NCBI RefSeq assembly: GCF_001457595.1
Contig: NZ_LN831039.1
Coordinates: 6,210,001-6,242,000 of the forward strand
Origin: Mycolicibacterium smegmatis
Lineage (GTDB): Bacteria > Actinomycetota > Actinomycetes > Mycobacteriales > Mycobacteriaceae
DNA length: 32,000 nucleotides
Direction of reading: 5' to 3'
A program made the position numbers and the translations under genes. Under the pieces are notes generated by a model. That model saw nothing but the letters and a program-made list of their open reading frames with translations, made no database searches and was not told the origin of the DNA. Of this stretch, positions 27,300-32,000 are shown in pieces; within the stretch, counting starts at the first letter, position 1, and every line of letters begins with the position of its first letter.

Positions 27300-27869
27300 T
27301 CACAACAAACCCGCCCCGAGAACGTCACCGGCGAGCCCCACCACCACCGGCACGATGCCGAGACACACGAACGCAGGCAGGTAGCACAGGCCTAGAGGGC
27401 CGGCCACGAGCACGCCCGCGCGTTCGGCGGCCGCATCGGCCGCAGCCGCCACGTCGTGACGTGACTGCGCCGCGAGTTCGGAAACCCCGTGCGCCAACGC
27501 CGTACCCGAGGCCGCCGACCGCCGCGCCATCCGCAGTAGTGCCTCGACGTTCTTGTCCTGTGTCTCGACACCGGAAGACCAGGCGGTCATCGGGTCGGCG
27601 CCCAGGGCCAACAGGTCCGAGGCCCGGATGAGCGCCTGCGCCAATGGCGTCGGCGCGGTGTGCGCCGCCGCCGCGGCAGCGGTCGACACCGCCATGCCCG
27701 CGGTGAGGCACGCCGCGAACAGGTCGAAGGTCGACGCGGCAGCCAGCGGATCGTCGGTCCCTGACGCCGCGCGCTCACGCCGTGGTGTCGTCGTCCGCAA
27801 CGCGCGAGCACGGGCGCGGGCCGGCGCGATCAACAACGCACCCGCCAGGCACAGGGCCGCCCAGGTCAT
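27300..27869 (-). CDS. TadC-like inner-membrane platform protein (T2SS F family, Rv3657c-like)
   Basis: ATG at 27869 forms an ATGA overlap with the tadB-like stop. TM helices sit at both ends around a helical cytoplasmic domain. Confidence 0.75.
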   Translation of the reverse strand: MTWAALCLAGALLIAPARARARALRTTTPRRERAASGTDDPLAAASTFDLFAACLTAGMAVSTAAAAAAHTAPTPLAQALIRASDLLALGADPMTAWSSGVETQDKNVEALLRMARRSAASGTALAHGVSELAAQSRHDVAAAADAAAERAGVLVAGPLGLCYLPAFVCLGIVPVVVGLAGDVLGAGLL

Positions 27870-28648
27870 GACGTGACCTCCGCGGTGATCCGGTCCGACC
27901 ACAACAGGCCCGCGCACGCCAGGACCACACCGATCACGAGCAGCCATCCACCTGCCCCGGACGCCACCAAGAACGCCACGGGCGCAGCGCCGATCGCCTG
28001 CCCCAGCGCAATACCGGCCAATGGCAGTCCCGCGAGCACCAGCGCGGTGGTGCGCGGACCCGCCATGGCCGCACGCACACGTGCCGAGAACCGTTCACGT
28101 TCCACGATGTCCTCATGCGCGGCCCGCATGAGCGTGCCCAGCGCCAGACCATGTGTCTGCGCCAACCGCCAGCAGACCGCGAGCCGCTGCCAATGTCCGG
28201 GCAACTGTGACGCGCGTGCGACGTCGTCGAGTCCCGCGGCCACATCGGCCCCCAGACGTGCCCGCGCGGCGACGGCCCGCATGCCCTCGGCGACCGGACC
28301 GCCGGACTCACCGGCTGCGGCGCCGAACGCGTCGACCGGGTGTGCCCCGACGCGCAACTCCCCCACCAGGACGTCCAAAGCTCCCTGCAGGGCTGCGGAT
28401 TCGTCACGCCGATGCTGCGCGGCGGCCCGGTCTCGACGGCGCACCACGACGGTTCCCGCGACGACGCCGGCCGTGAGCGCGACCGGCAGGGGAAGCAACC
28501 AGGCCAGCGCCGCGGCCCCCACCAGGAGCCCCGGCAACATCCGTCGACGACGTCGACGAGGCGACACCTTCCGCGGGACACGCAGGCGCCGTGGGCGCGA
28601 GGGCCAGATCAACAACGCCGCCGCCAGGGCCAGCGCGGCGACGCTCAC
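27866..28648 (-). CDS. TadB-like inner-membrane platform protein (T2SS F family, Rv3658c-like)
   Basis: GTG at 28648 forms a GTGA overlap with the tadA-like stop. The N- and C-terminal TM segments match the T2SSF topology. Confidence 0.75.
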   Translation of the reverse strand: MSVAALALAAALLIWPSRPRRLRVPRKVSPRRRRRRMLPGLLVGAAALAWLLPLPVALTAGVVAGTVVVRRRDRAAAQHRRDESAALQGALDVLVGELRVGAHPVDAFGAAAGESGGPVAEGMRAVAARARLGADVAAGLDDVARASQLPGHWQRLAVCWRLAQTHGLALGTLMRAAHEDIVERERFSARVRAAMAGPRTTALVLAGLPLAGIALGQAIGAAPVAFLVASGAGGWLLVIGVVLACAGLLWSDRITAEVTS

Positions 28649-29802
28649 CGCATCCCCCGTTGTGTGAACTTCTCGGCGAGAAGTTCCATGCCGCAACCCA
28701 ACCCGGCATCGGCGTGCCACGCTGTGGCGACCTCGAGGCCGCTCTCGTGGCGGCGCAGCACCGCGATCTCACTCAGCCTGCGCCGGCCGGCGAGCCCGCG
28801 ATCGACGTGCAGCAGCACCTGCACCGCCGCGGCGGCCTGACTGCTGAGGGCGTACCGGTCGAGTCCTCCGAGCGCGCCGAGCGCTTCGAGCCGCGCGGGC
28901 ACTTCGGCGGGGCTGTTGGCGTGGACGGTGCCCGCGCCACCGTCGTGGCCGGTGTTGAGCGCGGCGAGCAGATCGACCACCTCGGCGCCCCGGACCTCGC
29001 CGACGACGATGCGATCGGGACGCATCCGCAGGGCCTGCCGGACCAGGTCTCGCACCGTGATCTCGCCGACGCCTTCGACATTGGCGTTGCGCGCCACCAG
29101 TCGCACGACGTGCGGATGCTGCGGCGCGAGTTCGGCGGCGTCCTCGACGCATACGATGCGCTCGTGTCCAGGCACCGTGCCCAGAAGCGCCGACAAGAGC
29201 GTCGTCTTGCCTGCGCCGGTTCCGCCGGAGATCAGGAAAGCGAGCCTGGCGTCGATGACCCTGCGCAGCAGATCGACCGCGGCAGGCGCGATCGCGCCTG
29301 AACGCGCGAGGCTGTCGAGGTTCTGCGTGGCCGGGCGTAGTACGCGCAGTGACAGGCACGTGCCTGCCGCCGCGATGGGAGGCAGCACCGCGTGCAGGCG
29401 CACCGTGAACGGGCCCATGCCGCCGAGGTGGCCATCCACCCACGGCTGGGCCTCGTCGAGGCGCCGCCCGGCGAGCAACGCGAGCCGTTGTGCGAGTCGC
29501 CGCACCGCGGCCTCGTCCGGGAACCGGATGTCAGTGCGGCGCAGTCCATGACCGGCGTCGACCCACACCGCGTCGGGCGCCGTCACCAGCACGTCGGTGG
29601 TGCCGTCGGCACGCAGCAGCGGTTCGAGGACGCCCGCCCCGGTGAGTTCGGTGTCGAGTGCACGCAGATTGCTCAGCACCTCGGTGTCGCCGAGCAGCCC
29701 GCCGGATTCGGCGCGGATCGCCGCGGCCACCACGTCGGGACTCAACGGCGCGGTCTCGGCGACCAGCCGTTCACGTACGCGGTCGATCAGTGACGGGCTC
29801 AC
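28645..29802 (-). CDS. TadA/CpaF-type secretion ATPase (Rv3659c-like)
   Basis: Walker A ISGGTGAGKTTLLSAL, Walker B/Asp box RIVCVEDAAEL and His box GHDGGAGTVHANS. GTG at 29802 forms a GTGA overlap with the upstream stop. The 564-aa track ORF is an artefactual extension. Confidence 0.9.
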   Translation of the reverse strand: MSPSLIDRVRERLVAETAPLSPDVVAAAIRAESGGLLGDTEVLSNLRALDTELTGAGVLEPLLRADGTTDVLVTAPDAVWVDAGHGLRRTDIRFPDEAAVRRLAQRLALLAGRRLDEAQPWVDGHLGGMGPFTVRLHAVLPPIAAAGTCLSLRVLRPATQNLDSLARSGAIAPAAVDLLRRVIDARLAFLISGGTGAGKTTLLSALLGTVPGHERIVCVEDAAELAPQHPHVVRLVARNANVEGVGEITVRDLVRQALRMRPDRIVVGEVRGAEVVDLLAALNTGHDGGAGTVHANSPAEVPARLEALGALGGLDRYALSSQAAAAVQVLLHVDRGLAGRRRLSEIAVLRRHESGLEVATAWHADAGLGCGMELLAEKFTQRGMR

Positions 29803-30887
29803 GCCGCCTCCCGCACAGGATGCTGCGCGAGCACGCCGAGCACGCGTCGCGCCGCGGTGGCCAGCGGAGAGCGGCGCGTGAGCCGCAACCCGCCACGTTC
29901 GAGTGCCTCGTCGAGACCGGGCTGCGGACGCATCGACGCCAGCAGCGGCAGGTCGACGATGTCGGCGACCTCGGCGGCACGCAGACCTCCCGGTGCCGGA
30001 CCGCGCACCACCACACCGATGTTGGGATTGCACGTGGCGATCCAGGATCCGGCGGCCGCTGCCGCGGCACACGAACGCACATCGGCGCGGGCGACCACGA
30101 CCACCAGGTCGGCTGCCTCGAGCGCGGCCTCGGCCGCGTCGGTGCTGCGCCGGGGGACGTCGCAGACCACCAAAGTCGCGCCGCGACAACCCGCGTCGAT
30201 CACGGCGTGCAGTGCCGCCGCGGTGATGTCGACGCCCGCGCGTCCACCCGAGAGCACACTGATCTCGCCGCGGCGCGGCAGCGCGTCGCGCAACGCGCCG
30301 TACCCGAGCCTGCCGCCCTGCAGCGCAAGATCCGCCCACCGCAGACCCGGCTGATCCTCACTGCCGAGCACGAGGTCGATGCCGCCGCTCCACGGGTCGG
30401 CGTCGACGAGCAACGCTCCCGGCGCCGACAGGGCAAGCGCGGCGGCGAACACCGATGCCCCGGCGCCGCCTTTCGCCGCGACCACCGCAACCACCGGTCC
30501 GCGGTGTCCACCGCCCTCGTCGACGACAGACAGCGCCGCCACAAGATCGGTGTCCTGGCGGGGCAGCGTCACGACGTGTTGCGCACCGACGGCGATCGCG
30601 GCCTGCCAATCGGCCGGACCCGGTTCGTCGCATCCGATCACGAGCACCCGGTCGCGGCGCGGCAGTCCCCGGTCGGCGCACCGCCGCGCGGCCGACGCGT
30701 CGAGCAGCACGGCCGCCGCGGACAGCCAGGCCTTACGACTCGACGGCATCGCCACCTCGACCAGGTCGACGCCGGCCGCGGCAGCGACCCGGGCCACCTC
30801 CCCACGCAGCAGCGGATCGCCGAGGACCGCGAGAACGGCGGCGGTGTTCCTTTGCTTGTCTGTCCGGGTGTCCTTCGCAGCGGCCAT
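29799..30887 (-). CDS. TadZ/CpaE-like ParA/MinD-family ATPase (Rv3660c 'Ssd'-like)
   Basis: Deviant Walker A VVAAKGGAGASVFAAALA and an N-terminal receiver-like domain. ATG at 30887 (MAAAKDTRTD...). Confidence 0.8.
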   Translation of the reverse strand: MAAAKDTRTDKQRNTAAVLAVLGDPLLRGEVARVAAAAGVDLVEVAMPSSRKAWLSAAAVLLDASAARRCADRGLPRRDRVLVIGCDEPGPADWQAAIAVGAQHVVTLPRQDTDLVAALSVVDEGGGHRGPVVAVVAAKGGAGASVFAAALALSAPGALLVDADPWSGGIDLVLGSEDQPGLRWADLALQGGRLGYGALRDALPRRGEISVLSGGRAGVDITAAALHAVIDAGCRGATLVVCDVPRRSTDAAEAALEAADLVVVVARADVRSCAAAAAAGSWIATCNPNIGVVVRGPAPGGLRAAEVADIVDLPLLASMRPQPGLDEALERGGLRLTRRSPLATAARRVLGVLAQHPVREAA

Positions 30888-30939
30888 GCCACAAATGTGA
30901 CGGCCACCGATATGTCGGCACCACAGCAGAACCACAATC

Positions 30940-30966
30940 TGTGGATAAATCACAGGTTGTGGATAA
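30940..30966 (-). promoter_or_regulatory. Two direct copies of TGTGGATAA (the reverse complement of TTATCCACA, the consensus DnaA box) upstream of the tadZ/ssd-like gene
   Basis: Identical 9-mers at 30940-30948 and 30958-30966, 18 bp start to start. They lie 53-79 bp upstream of the ATG at 30887. Confidence 0.3.
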
Positions 30967-31077
30967 CTTTGACCGGAAATTCTCCGGCAACGACCACTCG
31001 CCACTGACACCGGCACTACGGGCCCGGCAATGACGGGCAATCTCGGCGCGGTTTGCGGAGACGGGAATTTTCCCTGG

Positions 31078-31172
31078 AAAAGAAGACGACCCCCGCCAGG
31101 GGGGGAGGAGGCGGAGGTCGTCGCGTATCAGCCCCGGGGGGTCGGGCTGATACACCTCGGCATAAGCCGAGT
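31078..31172 (-). ncRNA. 6C small RNA (Rfam 6C family; equivalent to M. tuberculosis B11/ncRv13660c)
   Basis: Read on the minus strand there are three elements. A 5' hairpin CUCGGC-UUAU-GCCGAG comes first. A second hairpin, AUCAGCCC/GGGCUGAU, has loop GACCCCCCG. A 13-bp GC-rich hairpin with loop UCCUCCCCCCCU follows and is trailed by UUCUUUU, an intrinsic terminator. A -10 TATAGT sits at 31180-31185. The predicted length is about 95 nt. Confidence 0.75.
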
Positions 31173-31320
31173 AATGCTCACTATACACATGTAACTGCCG
31201 AAAGTCGCAAGAGATCTGACTGCGAGTTTCCTGCAAGCCGTCTGGCGCTCCGAATGGTGGGAATGTGTCGTGAGCTGCCATTTTGTACCTTCGGTCGGTT
31301 ATTGACGCCGAGGGCCATCT

Positions 31321-32000
31321 ATGCTGGCGCTTGTGACCGCATCCGATCGGGCCGCTGAGGAATCGATCGCGGCGACATCCGACGCAACACCCCGCGGCGA
31401 CGATGGTCGCCCCGTGCGCACGGCCGCGTTCTTCGACCTCGACAAGACCGTGATCGCCAAGTCGAGCACGTTGGCATTCAGCAAACCGTTCTTCGACCAA
31501 GGACTGCTGAACCGTCGCACCGTGCTGAAGTCGTCCTACGCGCAGTTCCTCTTCCTGATGTCGGGCGCGGATCACGATCAGATGGACCGGATGCGTGACT
31601 ACATCACAAACATGTGCGCCGGCTGGGACGTCGAACAGGTGAAATCCATCGTCGGCGAGACCCTCCACGGGATCGTCGACCCGCTCGTGTTCGCCGAGGC
31701 CGCCGAGTTGATCGCCGATCACAAGTTGTGCGGCCGCGACGTCGTCGTGGTCTCGGCATCGGGCGAGGAGATCGTCGCCCCCATCGCCAGGGCGCTCGGC
31801 GCCACGCACGCGATGGCCACCCGCATGGTGGTGGAGGACGGCCGGTACACCGGTGAGATCGCGTTCTACTGCTACGGCGAGGGCAAGGCCCAGGCCATCA
31901 AAGCTCTTGCGGCGCGTGAGGGTTACGCGCTCGAGCACTGCTACGCGTACTCGGATTCGATCACCGATCTGCCGATGCTCGAGACGGTGGGGCACCCCAC
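31321..32000 (+). CDS. HAD-IB family hydrolase, SerB-like phosphatase (Rv3661-like); 3' end lies beyond the window
   Basis: Hand translation from ATG 31321 gives MLALVTASDR...AAFFDLDKTVIAKSST, containing the HAD motif I DxDxT, then later VVVVSASG and YSDSITDLPMLE. The frame stays open to the window end. This gene is not in the supplied ORF track. Confidence 0.85.
   Translation, partial: MLALVTASDRAAEESIAATSDATPRGDDGRPVRTAAFFDLDKTVIAKSSTLAFSKPFFDQGLLNRRTVLKSSYAQFLFLMSGADHDQMDRMRDYITNMCAGWDVEQVKSIVGETLHGIVDPLVFAEAAELIADHKLCGRDVVVVSASGEEIVAPIARALGATHAMATRMVVEDGRYTGEIAFYCYGEGKAQAIKALAAREGYALEHCYAYSDSITDLPMLETVGHP

Noticed and set aside
27287-27303. Tandem GACCTCAC-T-GACCTCAC direct repeat
   Set aside because: It is very short and overlaps the tadC-like stop and the flp upstream region. 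Read on the minus strand it gives GTGAGGTCA twice, which probably just contributes SD-like GAGG sequences. There is not enough evidence to call a regulatory site.
29803-30339. N-terminal 179-aa extension of the TadA ATPase ORF (564-aa version)
   Set aside because: The extension lies in an alternate frame of the tadZ-like gene and is Arg/Gly/Ala-rich. A GTGA-coupled GTG at 29802 gives a 385-aa protein consistent with CpaF/TadA ATPases.
30940-30966. DnaA boxes as a replication origin
   Set aside because: There are only two boxes. No AT-rich unwinding element is visible and no dnaA/dnaN neighbourhood is present. The location is a promoter region, so a regulatory site is the more conservative reading.
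30733-31995. 420-aa minus-strand ORF
   Set aside because: It spans the 6C sRNA, its terminator and the intergenic region, and is antisense to a clean HAD-family gene. It would also overlap the start of the tadZ-like gene.

Overview
This is a high-GC actinobacterial chromosome segment. It most resembles Mycolicibacterium smegmatis: it carries an IS1096-type element, a 936-aa TopA with a Lys/Ala-rich tail, and (from memory) the gene order of M. tuberculosis Rv3630-Rv3661. Left to right: a 5'-partial M1 aminopeptidase, a Wzx-like membrane protein, an amidohydrolase-TetR operon, a GalE-like epimerase and a large polytopic membrane protein. An accessory block follows at about 7.6-14.1 kb. It holds a secreted PE-PPE-domain serine hydrolase with a long acidic/Lys-rich tail, a complete IS1096-like ISL3 element (tnpA plus passenger tnpR, 26-bp inverted repeats), and a visibly AT-richer three-gene cassette of unknown function made of two paralogues (one a lipoprotein) and a small ORF. 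The core genome resumes with a CMD-family protein, an alpha/beta hydrolase, tRNA-Thr(CGU), holB, a HAMP adenylate cyclase, topA, a conserved hypothetical, cspA, a DUF1998/MrfA-like helicase and an Rv3651-like protein. Next come the seven-gene Tad/Flp locus (Rv3654c-Rv3660c equivalents), a 6C small RNA and a 3'-partial HAD phosphatase that is absent from the supplied ORF track. No rRNA or CRISPR was seen. The items most worth follow-up are the AT-rich paralogue cassette beside the IS, the IS junctions (no clean target duplication, and both neighbouring genes lose their upstream regions), two perfect DnaA-box-like 9-mers upstream of the ssd/tadZ-like gene next to 6C, and a TadE-like gene with no canonical start codon. 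Many long ORFs in the track are antisense or alternate-frame artefacts of the high GC content. No similarity search or computation was run; all calls rest on motifs read by eye and recalled synteny.
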